Positions 11,826 through 24,748 of a stretch of DNA of 64,000 nt are shown here, piece after piece. The position numbers were made by a program, and so were the translations under genes. The stretch's first letter is position 1. Each line of letters starts with the position of its first letter. The notes under the pieces were generated by a model. The model was not told where the DNA came from. It saw nothing but the letters and a program-made list of their open reading frames with translations, and ran no database searches. The stretch spans positions 186,001 through 250,000 of the forward strand of contig NW_027191460.1 of NCBI RefSeq assembly GCF_011745625.1, read 5' to 3'. This stretch comes from Cladosporium halotolerans. Lineage: Eukaryota.

Positions 11826-14008
11826 TCAACCATGCGTTGTTCGCCGCATCGGAGCCCTCGAAGCTGGCCTCTGGCAAAGGAAACACGAGTATGATGGCGG
11901 TGTCCCGAAAGCAGGATTGATGCTGACGCAAGACGGGTGTTGATATTGGGTGCAAGACTTGCACTGGACAAGAGCCTCGCCGTGGTAGTTAGGATCGCCG
12001 CATGGGCATCGGATCCGTACACCGTGCTGTTGCTGGACTTGAGGCTGTTGGTATTGCGGTTGGTTTGGATAGGCCGGCTGCTGCTGGTCCATGGTGTACA
12101 TACTCCAATCGAAAGAAGAGGTGTCAAAGTTTGTGGTGCTAGTAGGCGCAGGGTTGAAGTTGAAGGATTGAGATTCTTCCGGAGAGTGACTTGTGGTAGA
12201 CGCAATGCTGTGAGTAGATTGCTCGCCGAAATCCATGGGACATGTGTCGATCATCGAATTATACGAGGTAGATTTGTGCAGAGGTTTCCTTGAGCGTACC
12301 GTAGATGGTTTCCTGATGCTTCCCTGACGCTTGAGCTGGGCAGCGGCGGCAATAGCGGCCCTGGAGGGATTCACTCGCAGAGAGGCGGTGGAAGACGAGC
12401 GTGGCAGGGAAAGACCTTCCAGGTTCTCAACAGGCGTGTCCAGTCGGGCTACTTTCGGCCGACGCTCTTCTCCTTTGGCGAAGCTGAACGAAGCGTGACG
12501 GCTCGCTGGCTCTTGACTGCTAGTTGATTCCTCGTCACTCGAGTCGCTATCGAACAATCCCGGATATCGCTCTCGGACAGACTTTGTCGGGCTTGTGGAG
12601 GTTGCGTTCTGCGGCACGGCGCGCGCACGACCATTCTCATCGATAGTCAACACGACCGAAGGTCGCTGCACGCGAGGCTTCATCGCTTCAGCGATCGAGT
12701 CCAACTGGGGTTTTCCGACACGCTTTAGAGGTGAGCCCGAGCGTGCCGTCTGCCCCACTCCACCAGCCGTAGGAAGCGAATCCGTTGACGCGTTGCTCGA
12801 GGTCGAACTGTAAAGTCTGGTAACAGTGCCAGTCGTGTTACACCTCCTGAGAGCGTGGACTGGTCGGCTGTTGTTGGTCGATGAGTTTGAGGACGATACG
12901 GCCGGCGCGGCGCTGTCCCTGCGCTTGCTATCTACCTGCTCCATAGTAGGCGGCGGCTTCACTGTCTTGCTGGTAGAGCGCAACATGGGTTGCGCTGGCG
13001 AGCTGTAGAGCAACGATGGATCTACACTCGCAGAGGTTTGGGGATAAGATGGTCTCCTGGGGGGTGCCTGAGGTCTCGTTGAAGGTGCAGCAGAAACAGG
13101 TCGCGATTGTGGCTGCTGGATCGCGAAACTGTTCATAGCCGGCGTTTCAAATCCCGCAACTGATGCGCCAGCTTGCTGCTGTGGCATTGGCTGCTCCGGC
13201 GTCCACGGAATCTGCTGATGAGCAGCGTTCATTCCGAACGGGTCGTCAAGCATGATAGGTTGCCCAAGAGGACTCGGTTGAGCCTCCCAGAAGTGGTTTG
13301 TCTGCGAGTGGACCGGCGCCGTCATCGGACCCATGTTACTGAACTGTTGCATGTCCGGGGAGATCTGGAGCATTGGGAACTGGACTGGGGTTTGTTGCTG
13401 GGGCATCGGCGCGTTCGACTGCAAAACATGCTGCTGCGGAGTCATGAATCGTCGTGATGCAATAGTAGATGGTGTGCCAAACGCAACGTTCTGGATGAGC
13501 TGAGGCTTCTTGACCGAAGTACCCCTTGTAGGCGGTGGTGTTTGCATCTGAGTCGGGTCGCATTGCGCCGACATCATGTTTTGTGGTGAGAGCTGCGTCA
13601 TACCAGCATCCCACACACCGTTCGCTGTCATATCATGCGCATGTTGAGTCGATGGATTCATATTTTGAGCACCACCTTGCGCCTGAACTGCGGCATAGTA
13701 GTTCGATCGAAGGGTCTCAGAGGAGGACTGGGGACGTTGCATCGGGGTCGATGAGGAGTACTGGGGCTGCTGAGGAGTGCCATAAGCGGGCATCTGAGGC
13801 GTCGCGAAGGCATCTTGGAAGTGCGAGGGAAATGTGGCGGTCTTTGGAGTCTGGATGGTATTGCTACCAAAAGAGCCCGTGGTCGGCGTTGCTGTCGGGC
13901 TGGGAAAGGCCCAGTCGGCCATGCTGTAGAAGCCATGTCAGCACGCTGAAGAATCGTTATGCTCCCGGCGGTTTCGTCTTACCCAGAAAACGATTGATCG
14001 AACTCCAT
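11826..14008 (-). CDS. Ser/Pro/Gln-rich protein with C-terminal PHD finger; intron 13924-13982
   Basis: C-terminal CPC...CKSC...HPSC...CFLC (Cys4-His-Cys3). The first exon MEFDQSFSG joins in frame via GTAAGA...CTGAC...CAG. Confidence 0.85.
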
Positions 14009-16158
14009 GTTCGTGGCCTACAAGCAACGCAAGTAATTTCTCCAAGATGAAATGCTAGTGTTCTCCCAACAGCATCTTATCAAAAGGTAGACCCAGTGCC
14101 CAAGCTCTGCGAAGTAGAGTGATCGAGCGATCTGCGTGCTGCGTGCACCAGATGTCGAGGGGCTGACCAACGGGTTTCGCAATCTGTTGCTGTAACGGCC
14201 AACAATCCTCACCCGAATGGGAGAAAATGTCTCAGCTGGCCTATAACACGAAGATCGTGCCGGGCTGGCAGTAGTCAAGGCTGCTGGTGCGGACCGAGAA
14301 GCTGCCTGGCTCGGAGGGGCTCCGGGCGGTCTTTTGCGGATCTGATGACCAAACAGCCCACTTGGAAACGAAAATTAGCCAGGCTGGTGGCCGAGTGGTG
14401 CACAGAAATCTGCGTGGTGTGCAGACGGAGCAGAGAGCGAGTGGGACGGAGAGCTCTTCTCCTGGCAAGTCGCAGGGACGTTAAGGCAAGACAAACGCAG
14501 GTACGGCAGCAGCAGCAGGGAGAGGAGCTAGCAGCGAGATAGAAGACACGAGGCGGCCGCTGCGGACGGTTGAGGCGACATCATTGGCAGCGTTTGGCAC
14601 GCTAGTTTGAAGGCACAAAGGGAGAGCGGGTGCAAGGCACGACGCATATGCTTCCCGGCTCGCATGCAGTGGCCGGGCATGGCATTCCGTTACGGTAGCA
14701 GTGGGCAAGGTAGAGGCTGGCAGGCAGCTGTTGGCGTGGAGATGCCGTTGCGGATAGCGGGAATGCCATCGACGGATGGTCTGAGCGAGGGCGCTGGGAT
14801 CCAATCGCGGCCGGCTGGCAGCGTGCCACCACGTATCCACACGCGAGGAGGAGCAGAGCCCACCGCGCATGGCAGCGAGCCCTCAGCGAGCCTTCCAAAG
14901 CGGCGGCGGCCGGCTGGGGCGGCATAGGAGGATTATTGCGTGCCGGTGGACGAGGAGCGCCCGCGGTCGCTAACTAAAGCATTGTCAAATCCAAGCGAAG
15001 GCCGCCGTGGCCGCGTGGGAGGCCTGTCGGGCAGCCCACACGCCAGGGCGAACCGATTCGCCGGGATCGACTGGGGCGGCGGGCGGCGGATTACTGCTTG
15101 TCAGCCAATAGTCGCTATCACCGGGCGTCTTTGCGTGCATCTGCAATGCGGTACCGTTCGATTAGGCCTCGCAGGCGTCATCGAATTCTACGATTGCCAT
15201 CCCCACGGCCTCCGAGTCGAGACACGCTGCTATAGAAGTGCATGGACTCGCGGCCGCTGCTGGCCTGATGCTGTCTCGTTGCGCTCGCCACGTCAAACAT
15301 GGCATTTGCACTTCTCGGCTGCTACGCATGGGACTGTCCTTGCCCTGCCCGCTCCTGATCAGCACACGAGGCCCTCCGCCCGATCGACATGTGAACTGTC
15401 CGAGCTCACGCTAGGATGCTGCCCCTCCTTGCGGATACCAGACTTTCTCCAGATTTCCAGACACTCTTAGGCGACGGCGCCGAGGGAGAGCGACGGCGGC
15501 CAGGCACGGAAAGGTAGGCGAATACCGCCCTTTTCGCTCATATATCGCGTGTCCAGCTATATCTGGCCTCTGCCACAATCTGCCCCTGCAGCCTAATGTC
15601 GAGTTTGTTGGCTAGCGCAAATCTACCTCCGCTGCACCCAGCCGTGGCTTGGCCAGATCACGGAATCGCTAATTGGCGACGGGCCCTCATAAACTCCGGC
15701 ATGTCCCACAGACGGCGACGATATGATGATGATAAACCCACGGACTACGCTCCATCGCGTTGACCGGCCCCCTAGCTATCATCGTTGAGTCGTGCTACCT
15801 TGGGCTTGTCGGTCTGTACTCCGGTACCTTCGACCCTGCCGAGACCCCCATGGCCCACCAGATTGACTCAGCCAATGTGAAACAAGTTGTGCCTTAGGAC
15901 GGGCAACACGGGAACGACGAGGAGAAAGAGTTCGCGTCGTACTCAGAACAAAACTCAGGGTACCAGACCCTTGCAACTTCCACAAGGGGAAGGAGACTTT
16001 TACTTTTTGGTTGCCAGCTTGGGCAGAAAGGTTTCGGCTGGAAAATTGCTGATACGCCTAACAATGCGTAACTCTGGCACGCTACGACGCCGCACAAGTG
16101 ACGATGTTTGCACTATATCAGGTTTGGAGCGGTCGAGAATATTTCGCTTCATTATTAA

Positions 16159-18546
16159 TCAGAAGATCATCCCTTCATCCACGCGGTCGGAGAGTCCACC
16201 TTCAGCGAGTGCGGCATCCACTTGCTTTCTTGACATGTCGAATATTCTCCAGGCCTTACCTCTGTCGCCGAAAACCACGCAGATTTCCTTGCCCTTTCGA
16301 CCGCCCAGCAGGAGCTTCTCTGGTCTGAAAGATTCCTCGGGGTCAAAATGGTGAATAGGAGCCTCTTTTGACAGAGAATCGCCGTTCAAGAGCGCAACGG
16401 TGAGAGACAAGGTGCCGTCCTCGCGAGACTTTCGTAAGAATATGCAGCACTTGTCGGAAACGAATTTCGCATCCAAAAGCTCGCATAGGGTGTCTTCCTC
16501 GCCGGAATACGTGATGCTGTCGCGTTCGGCGTGCTCTAGCCGCAGGTACAGGTTATTGTTGTCTATTGCCAGAACGCCGACGGACAGGTCGCTGCCATCA
16601 CGTGCCATCATACGCATGTCACATACCATTGAGGAGCTTGGGAAGTCGTCGGGCAGCTCGTAGGTGGCGGGTGGTGGCAGCATCCGGCTTTGCCATGTAG
16701 TGATGCGATCCAATACGGTGCGAACATGTCCAGTGAGGGATACTGCAATTGCTTGCAGATTGAGCGGCGCTAAGGTGGCATTGCCCTGTCCAGTGGCAGT
16801 GATCAGGCCGTCTGTTTTCTTGATTGCCTCCCTCGTGGCATTGTAACCCGTTTGCTGCATTAGTGGGTGTTTGAAGAAATCATCGCGGTCGATCACGCCC
16901 CTCAGCTCGGACAGCTTTTGTACGTAGCTGTTCAGCTTGCTGTAGCCCATAGTCTCCTTGATGTAGGCAAGCACGAGCCCATGATCAATACCCATTGCCT
17001 CTTTCTCTTCCGTCTCCAAGGCGCTCTTCGAGAAAGGTCCTGCGGTGCCAATCTCAATCTGGACGCGAAGCCACTTGCTGAAAGCTCGGAACTGCTGCCA
17101 TTCGTGAATGCAGACCAACTGAACTCTTTGCGCCACGAGTCGCAATGCATCGATGCCCTCGAGGATGTTGCTGAATAGGGATGACTCTACACCAAAAACA
17201 ACGCTGTCTTTGTGTAGCTCGGCTTGACCGCGAAGCGAGCATACCGCTATGCTCATGCGGTCGAGAGCGGGCATTAGATTGACGAAGATGTGCGATTGGA
17301 TGCGAGAGTACATGCCTCCTGTGGCTGTGTCCCATCGCTTGTGATTCGGTTCCTTGACGATATCGGTAAGCCATTCGAGCATGATCGGTGTGAACTGGCC
17401 CGTCATAGCTAAGTGGCAGAGGTTGTACTTCAGGTCTCCTTGTGGTTGATCTGCTTCAGACAAGGTCATGTTTATGTTGTTCGTAAGGCGTGTCGGAAAT
17501 TGCAGTTCGGTCGCGTAATCATGCGTAATGCACCGAACCACTTGCGTGATGTAGGCAAGGGTAGACTGAATGCGCTTTGTGTCTCTCGCAATGACATGTA
17601 GAAGAGGTCCCCCCAGACTTGCAAGAGGCAGGTCTTGAGTGTGGAACTGAAGCAGCTCCTCTGCCGTTCGGGATAGCAGCACACGAGAGCCGGTGCAAGG
17701 ATGAGAGGCGTGCTTCAGTGGGCTTGAGTCAATGTTGAACGATCCTATAGGAACTGTATCGTCGAGCAAGACTCTCACGTCTCCTGAGTTTGTGTACACC
17801 ATGAGCACGTCCACGGTGTCGGTAGCATCGTTTTTCTTGACTTCAAATACACCGTCCGTCGCCGCTTGTGTTGCGAACCTTGCGCCTTCGGGGCCTGACC
17901 TCAGGCCATGTGAAGGTATCGCACTCAGTCTAGGCAGTATCTTTGAGATGTCCAGAGTTGTGATCGCCCGAGGAAGATCGGCTAGCCGCCCAGAAACATT
18001 GCCATCTTTTGCTTCGTCCTCATAGTCCTCATCATCCTTCAGACCGTCTGCCCAGCCTTCTGTATTCAGCTCACCTTTAGACGCAAAGGCATCGGCCCTC
18101 GCTTTTGACACAGGAACATCATGGCTTTCCCAACCGAACCCAGCGATAGCCACTTTTTCTTGCTCATCGTCGTCTACTCCCCAGCCAGGCTCCAGATCCA
18201 TTTTCCATTCGTCTCCTCCTTCGCTGCCGACGACTCTGCCTTCTGCGACCAATTTTCCACTCCCGCCATCATGTATACCCCAGCTCCCGTCGCTCCATCC
18301 TATCGCAAGAAGCGACCCGTCTGGCTTCCACTGCGCGGCTGAGACTGAAAGCTCGTCGGGGTCTTTGCATTTCACCGTGAAAGCGATCTGGCCATTTAGG
18401 CGGTAGACGACTATGTCGCTGTCGGCGGTGACAATGGCTATGAGGTCGTGCGGGGAGCAAAGAACGCTGAGATCGGTGTTGATGGGTGCAGAAGAGGACT
18501 TCGAGGCAAATGAGGGTAATTGCCGCGGTGGCAACGACGCCTCCAT
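16159..18546 (-). CDS. APC4: Anaphase-promoting complex subunit 4
   Basis: N-terminal WD40-like segment (CSPHDLIAIV...VYRLNGQ...WKPDGSLLAIGWSDG) followed by a helical APC4-type domain (LCHLAMTG...LEWL...KRWD). Intronless, 795 aa. Confidence 0.85.
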   Translation of the reverse strand: MEASLPPRQLPSFASKSSSAPINTDLSVLCSPHDLIAIVTADSDIVVYRLNGQIAFTVKCKDPDELSVSAAQWKPDGSLLAIGWSDGSWGIHDGGSGKLVAEGRVVGSEGGDEWKMDLEPGWGVDDDEQEKVAIAGFGWESHDVPVSKARADAFASKGELNTEGWADGLKDDEDYEDEAKDGNVSGRLADLPRAITTLDISKILPRLSAIPSHGLRSGPEGARFATQAATDGVFEVKKNDATDTVDVLMVYTNSGDVRVLLDDTVPIGSFNIDSSPLKHASHPCTGSRVLLSRTAEELLQFHTQDLPLASLGGPLLHVIARDTKRIQSTLAYITQVVRCITHDYATELQFPTRLTNNINMTLSEADQPQGDLKYNLCHLAMTGQFTPIMLEWLTDIVKEPNHKRWDTATGGMYSRIQSHIFVNLMPALDRMSIAVCSLRGQAELHKDSVVFGVESSLFSNILEGIDALRLVAQRVQLVCIHEWQQFRAFSKWLRVQIEIGTAGPFSKSALETEEKEAMGIDHGLVLAYIKETMGYSKLNSYVQKLSELRGVIDRDDFFKHPLMQQTGYNATREAIKKTDGLITATGQGNATLAPLNLQAIAVSLTGHVRTVLDRITTWQSRMLPPPATYELPDDFPSSSMVCDMRMMARDGSDLSVGVLAIDNNNLYLRLEHAERDSITYSGEEDTLCELLDAKFVSDKCCIFLRKSREDGTLSLTVALLNGDSLSKEAPIHHFDPEESFRPEKLLLGGRKGKEICVVFGDRGKAWRIFDMSRKQVDAALAEGGLSDRVDEGMIF

Positions 18547-19224
18547 CCTGAGTAGGTGGTAGAGGGATGTCCAGTCCGGACTACTAAAGTGAGGTTTGTG
18601 AATTGCTGGCGCTGGAGAGAGCGACGCGGCAGCTTTCTCAAGCGCGACAGCGATCAGCGCGCTCTCATGTGACTTTCGCGTCCCACTTCAACCCGAGCCT
18701 TAACTGGCAACATGGTGCAGGTGGCTATCAAAGTCACTTCTCATCACAGATTACTACATTGGTCTACCAGCCAGTGAGACCTCGATCAACACCCACGCTC
18801 GGAGCAGATGCTATGCTTCTGCGAAGATCTGCAATTATCTGCATCCTTCAGGATTCTTGCACACGCACAGTACAGCTCCATGACCACAGCATATGCACTT
18901 TTGTATTGATCAGAAGGAGGATCTGCCTGCTAATGTGGATGATACCCTTCTGGTGTGCGCGCCCCAACCCTTTCGATAGGCTGACCTACCTTTTCTGCAA
19001 CATCACACGGCCTTAGCTTGAGGATGATTACCCTCCTGAGGTGGTACAGGATCCCTCCAGTATCAATTTACATACTTCTGTGTATTTTCCAATTCGAATG
19101 TGACCTTCAGATCGTGCATATAAGTCGGCTGACCCTTTCTCTTGATCTGTACGGAGATTTTGTCTTCACTACCTATTCAAATCCACTGGACCAATCCACA
19201 TTCACGCCCTCCTAAGAAGTCAAT

Positions 19225-19615
19225 ATGCATTTTAATCTTGCTTACATGGCTACTTTCTCCCTGCTCTTGTTCACATCCTGTACCACGGCCGCCATCTGCG
19301 TCAGAGGCCCAAAGTACGCCGGATCCCACTGTGAAGACGAAAACAAAGGCCTCCTCACTTGCGGCCCAGGAAGCGACGGCAATCTTGTAAGGCCCAACTC
19401 TAGCCCGAAGACATCCACAACGCTTTTTATATAGCAACGTCTACTTTCAGTGAGACTCTGGTCGAAGATTTCACTGACCTGCCGTCTGAACTCAGCTCAA
19501 GTGTCACGGTAACGACTACACGGATCGGTTCCATTACACCAATCACTGGCATGTCGAGAAAAACTGCAAGAGAGGTGGCTGCGAGGATTGCAAATGTCGC
19601 AACGGCGCGGAGTGA
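19225..19615 (+). CDS. Small secreted cysteine-rich protein (93 aa, 8 Cys in mature part), effector-like; intron 19387-19495
   Basis: Hydrophobic N-terminal signal peptide. GTAAGG...CACTGAC...CAG joins exon 2 LKCHGNDY...KNCKRGGCEDCKCRNGAE* in frame. TATAAG lies ~105 nt upstream. Confidence 0.8.
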
Positions 19616-19986
19616 TCGTGCAGAGTCAATGCCAATTCGTTGGAACGCACTGTCTCGACAATGATGTGCTGTGTCTCTTTCTGCAGAGGTCAGCAACTGA
19701 GGTCAAGATGGTGAAATGGTGGTAGCCTTTCTGTCATTACCTCCTCATTGTTCTTCATATAGTTCATCGTGATGCGAAAAAGACGCCGTGTTTCGGCGGT
19801 GGATGGACTTCACATCACACGACCCGAAGGAGATCGTACTTGGGCATCCGAAAAGCTCGGTTAGTACGTGAACAATGTCTCTTTTCATGATTCGAACTCT
19901 CCGAATTTTCATCTAATAAACCGCTTCAAATCCCGATCGTACCCACTCTAACCCCGTTGCGCCCATTTGACTTGCGCAGATCTTGT

Positions 19987-21608
19987 TTACACGATCTGGT
20001 AGCTCTCAGCCACACTTCTGATTTCCTTAGCAAATCCAACGTCCTGGTCCATGTTCAGTAGCTCCACGCTGCTGACGTCGACGTCCACCCATGGCTGGCT
20101 CTTAGTGAAGCGCACGTTGATCGGGAAGAACTCGTCCTCGCTGCCAGCCTGCGCCTCAAACTCGAAAGAGCCAGATGCATTGCTGTCATCGACATCGCCA
20201 ATGGTCCAGTCGATGCTATCACCGCTGACTTCGTAGGCGGCGTCGAATGACGAAACGGAAGGCTCGGAGGTCGCGTAGGGGATGGTGACAACGACGTCCC
20301 TGAGCGGATCGGAGCCAGTAAGCTCGTACTCGACGGTGATACTGTATGTGTTTGCGCTGGACTCAGACGTCCAAACGGTGAAGCGGATGGGCGGGTCTTG
20401 GACATCATCTGGCTTAGCAGCAAGGCGCCAGCGCACAACTTGGATAGAGTTGTTGGCGGGGAAGCCCTTGCTTGTGTCGGTGAGCTGAACGATGCTGTTG
20501 TTCTTGAAAGCAGCCTTGTCGACTTTAGGGTGAGCGTTGAGCTGGGCACCTTTAGTGTCGCCCATCGCAAGGTTGAGTTTGACCTGTGTCAAGCTCGAGT
20601 CTGAGATGCGCAGTTGAAGATCGCCCTTAATCTCGAACGACTCGACGGCACCTTCACGGCTGAGCTTGGCGGAAATGGCTTCGGCGATGATTACACTGAT
20701 ACCGTCGCCGCTCGTCGAGGTGCGAGCCGCAACGGTAGGCTGGACTGGAGCCGCCTGTTGTGCGGGCACGCCGGCCAAAGGAACATTTGCTTCGGCCTCG
20801 GGACCCAAGTCGCCGCGCACCTTATCGAACATACTGCCAGTTTTGTTCTTCTTGCCCAACTGCATACCCTTTCCTCTTGTTGCCAATGGCTTGCTGAACT
20901 TCTCGTTCTTCGCGGCGTTGTAGGAGTCGTAGGTGTCCGGCATTGAGGGTGCGGCAGGTGGAGGTGTGTATGTGGGATATGAAGTCTGGCGAGGCATCGC
21001 GGTACCACCACCCATGCGAGCAGCGCGGCTCATCTCCTTGCGCTGCATCTCGAGCTGCTTGGCCTTCCGCTTGCGTTCCTCTGTGGCTTCGAGCTCCTTG
21101 TTGCGCGCAATGATCTCCTGGATGCGCTCCTCATGCGATTCCATGTCCAAAAATGTCTTGATCTGGCTGAGCGTGAGGTTCTCCCTGTATCCTTGCGTAA
21201 CAACCTCATCGAAAGCAGACAGCAGCTCGAAAGCGCACCGTGTGATCTCTCGCTCATCCAGACTCTTGCATATGGAACCAACCACCTGCGCGAAGAGGTG
21301 CAATGTGGAGATGTCCTGGAGAATGTTCGACTGTCGGTTGGTTATCAGGACCATGTAGAGCTCGTCCAGAGGCTGGTACACAAAGCGGACATTGTCCTGC
21401 TCGACGGTAGTGTGTTGCGAGGCGGTGTCGGCGAGTTTGGGAAATGATGCCAGAAGAGCTTCGACTCTAGATCGCTGCATTTGGCGAAACTGCCTCGCGA
21501 GAATCGGTTTCCCTGAGCGGGTGGTAATCGCCGCTGAGAGCACAACCTATACCTTTTGGTGAGCATTGGGTTGCCGTGGGGAAGAAAGGCGTCTGTTCTT
21601 CTTACCAT
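19987..21608 (-). CDS. RET2: Coatomer delta subunit; ATG-only first exon followed by an intron
   Basis: M|VVLSAAITTRSGKPILARQF...VRFVYQPLDELYMVLITNRQSNILQDI longin domain, MESHEERIQ helix, and C-terminal mu-homology domain. Confidence 0.96.
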
Positions 21609-22040
21609 CTTGGGCAAGTTCTCAGGTCAAGGGCTTGATCTGTAAGAGGGATGCAAATCCGCTGCGATGGCCTTGTAGATTGTTGTGGTGGTCTCCCCTT
21701 AGCAGATTACCCCTCGAGCGTTGCTGTCACCACCATCTCCTGCGTTCAACAGCCAGTTGTCGCAAGCCCGATCGAATGCCTGAGGCGCGCAGCGCGTACG
21801 CCAAGGCAGGGTTCACGGCTCCTTCCGTCAGCAGCTGCGCGCGCTCTTTACCTTTCCGCTTTCAGATCGGCTTCACGTCAATAATTCCTCTGAACACCAC
21901 ACGCGCGACGCGCCTTCGACCCTACGAAAACACGCACCGTTTTCCAATAATTACCTCTTACCCCGCGAATCACAGTCTGTGACTCACTTGACCTCGCAAA
22001 ACCACAGCATCAGGGCCCTCGTGCCCCAAAACCGACCGAC

Positions 22041-24748
22041 ATGGCCACTGCCGCCAGCTTCCCCTCGCTCCACGCGCCCGCCGCCGAAGACAACATGGAG
22101 ATGTCCTCGCCTGCCAACCCTGCATACAACGACGATGACGACATCGACATCGATTTTGATGACCACCCCGGTGGCGTCGAGCTCACTGACGACGAACGCA
22201 TGATTGAGGACAATGAGCAGCCCCGCCCTGGGACCGCAACTGATGACATGATGGAAGACGATGCCTCTCCTCCGCAAGAGGGGATCCACGTGCCAGAGCA
22301 GGAGATGCAGGATGACTTCGATGCCGCTGCGTACGAGCAGGCCGATCCTGATGACGAGTTGATCGATTATGGCGACGATGAATACCAAGATGTTACCGAA
22401 TCCCACGATCACGCAGATTTTGAACCATCAGCGCCCGAGATCACTGTCGGAGACCCAGAATCCGCAGATCTTGAATTTGAAGAAGTGGATGATGAGGTTG
22501 CCCGTCAACCTGAGGCTTCAGTGCATGGATCAGACATCGCTGTGGTTGAAGAGGCCGTCGTTGATCAGGTCCCCCATCCGGAAGATGCTGGCTTAACGGA
22601 CCCTCTCCCCACCACCAGTGCAGAGTCTGCACCTGCAGAACCTGAAGTTGAGCCTGTCCCAGCTGCTGAACATGTCAGCTCTGTCAAGCAGTCTCCTGCA
22701 ATCGAGACTGAGCGAAATGTTGCAGAACCCCTTGAGGACGAAAGTGCTCAGGCAGAAGCTGAGCTGGTCCCTACAGGCGACGAGCAAGGAGAAGCTGCCA
22801 CTGCCAGGGTTGACGAGCAACAGGAGAATGATCTCGCCGCCACTGCTGTCGAAGAGCCGTTCCCAGAGCTTCCGCAAGAGTCTCCAGAGCAGCTCACCAG
22901 TGTCCCCGCCCCTGCGCCTCTTGACACATCCCTTGATGCAGGCGTTGATGCACCAGGCACGCCTACTGATACAGGCCTTCACCCGATGATGGTGCAGTAC
23001 GGGGATTGGGAGTGGCCTCTCTTCAAGTCCAAAAAGCAACCGGAGGGTCTCCTGAAAGACGATAATTTGGCCAGTGTTGCTTTGGCCGATCTCCTTAACA
23101 GTTGTAGGTACCGCCTCGCCTTGAAAGTTGGTGAAGATATTCCGGAGACGCAGGAGTTTGTGCTCCGATTTGACGGCATGGGCTTGTCAATCATCGAGGT
23201 ACGTACACGCCCTATAAGTCAAGTCCTTACGAGAGTCTATGCTGACCGTCTTCACAGAACTCGCCGTCGGCTTTCAACACCAGTCTCGACGAGATTCTTG
23301 AGGTCTACAAGCAACTGTATGTCAATGACGAAGCACAGACTATTCCACCATTCTGGCTGCACCTATCCATGCAACCCAAGTTCTCCAGCTACCTTGCTAT
23401 GCTTAAGCAAGCGGCTGCTGGTGGTCAAGGTATCTCTAGCTTTATTGATGTTTCAGCCGATGAGGTGCCGGAGAATTTTGAAGAGTATTACCAAGATGGA
23501 GATGATGACCCAACGCTGTATGGAGACACCACTACAGCAGAGGAACAACATGAGGAACAACACGAAGGACAAAATGACGCTGCCGGTTTTGAGCTTACTG
23601 AGGCTGATTACCACGAGTACGACACATCTTACGAAAATACAGAAGGTGGTCACGGCGCTCAGGACGAATACGATCACTATGAGGAGACCGATCAGGCGGG
23701 CTACGACGCTTCTGCGGAAGCTGATCACCCCAGCACTACCATCAACAATGCCCACGCTGCAAATGAAGCGCATTCGCTGCAGTATGACCAAAGCGAGACG
23801 GATCAGTCGCAGGTGAAAGTTGATGTAGCCAACGCCAGCTTTGACGGAGAAGCTGACCAGACTACAACGGCTACTGAAGTCGAGGCTGGGTGCGGGGTCG
23901 CTGGTGTTCGTGAGGATCAGGAAGAAGATTCAAAGGAAATCTCTGCGGCAAGCTCGACGACGCTTCATGCAGATACGGCGAATGGTATCGCTGGTGAGTA
24001 CAACGACGAAGACCTTATCGACTGGGACGATTCCACCCTGACCAGTCAACTCTCAGAGCTTTGCACAGATGATGACGACGAGTTTTCTACTTTCCTCACT
24101 GCACCTGACAGTGAAGCGATCGATGCTGGACACCCTGGTGTCGAAGCCGGCGACAGCACCGTGCCCATCACGGATGCCCATCTCCAGCAAGACGCAGACG
24201 CAAAGGCTAGCGAAACTTCTCGGCAGCAGAATGCCGAAGCCGTGCAGGACTCCACTGCTAGCTTAAGTGCTGACTCCGATGTTGCTGGTGGCGAAAGCAA
24301 CGAGCAGCTCGACAAGACGGTCGATAACGAGCTGTCGGAGGGCTTCCAGGCTTCTGCAAACGAGAAGTCCCATGACCCGCCCCAAGAGAATCCTGCAGGC
24401 TCTTCTGGCCCCGAGCTCGGTGTCGAAGAGGATATGGTTCAGCGCGAAGTCCAAGATGATCCTCACGCCAACATCGCTTCACACAACGATGCCTCTCGCC
24501 CGTCTGAGGGTGAGCACAAGGCTCAAACCGGTGAGGAGCTTGCCGCCGATGACGTGGACTATATCGATTTCGGCAACGAGGACGATATCGACTTCGATGA
24601 TGATACCTACGAGCAGCACGAAGCGAGAAAGGTGTCACAAGCCGAAATTGCCGCCCCGAAGTCACCGAATGGCAAGCGCACCTTCGCTGAGTCCGACGAG
24701 CTCGACGCCTCCGATGAGCCTGAGCTGAAGAAGGTTCGATCCTCGTAG
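22041..24748 (+). CDS. Large acidic, mostly disordered protein with a central folded segment (possibly DUF2420/Rmr1-like); intron 23199-23257
   Basis: GTACGT...GCTGAC...CAG joins the two ORFs. Central domain HPMMVQYGDWEWPLF...FDGMGLSIIE|NS...LDEILEVYKQL; C-terminal basic NLS-like KRT...KKVR. The family name is from memory only. Confidence 0.8.

Noticed and set aside
14050..16150. Possible gene in the 2-kb gap between the PHD gene and APC4
   Set aside because: ORFs are short or composition-driven with no coherent splice model; most likely promoter/UTR sequence.
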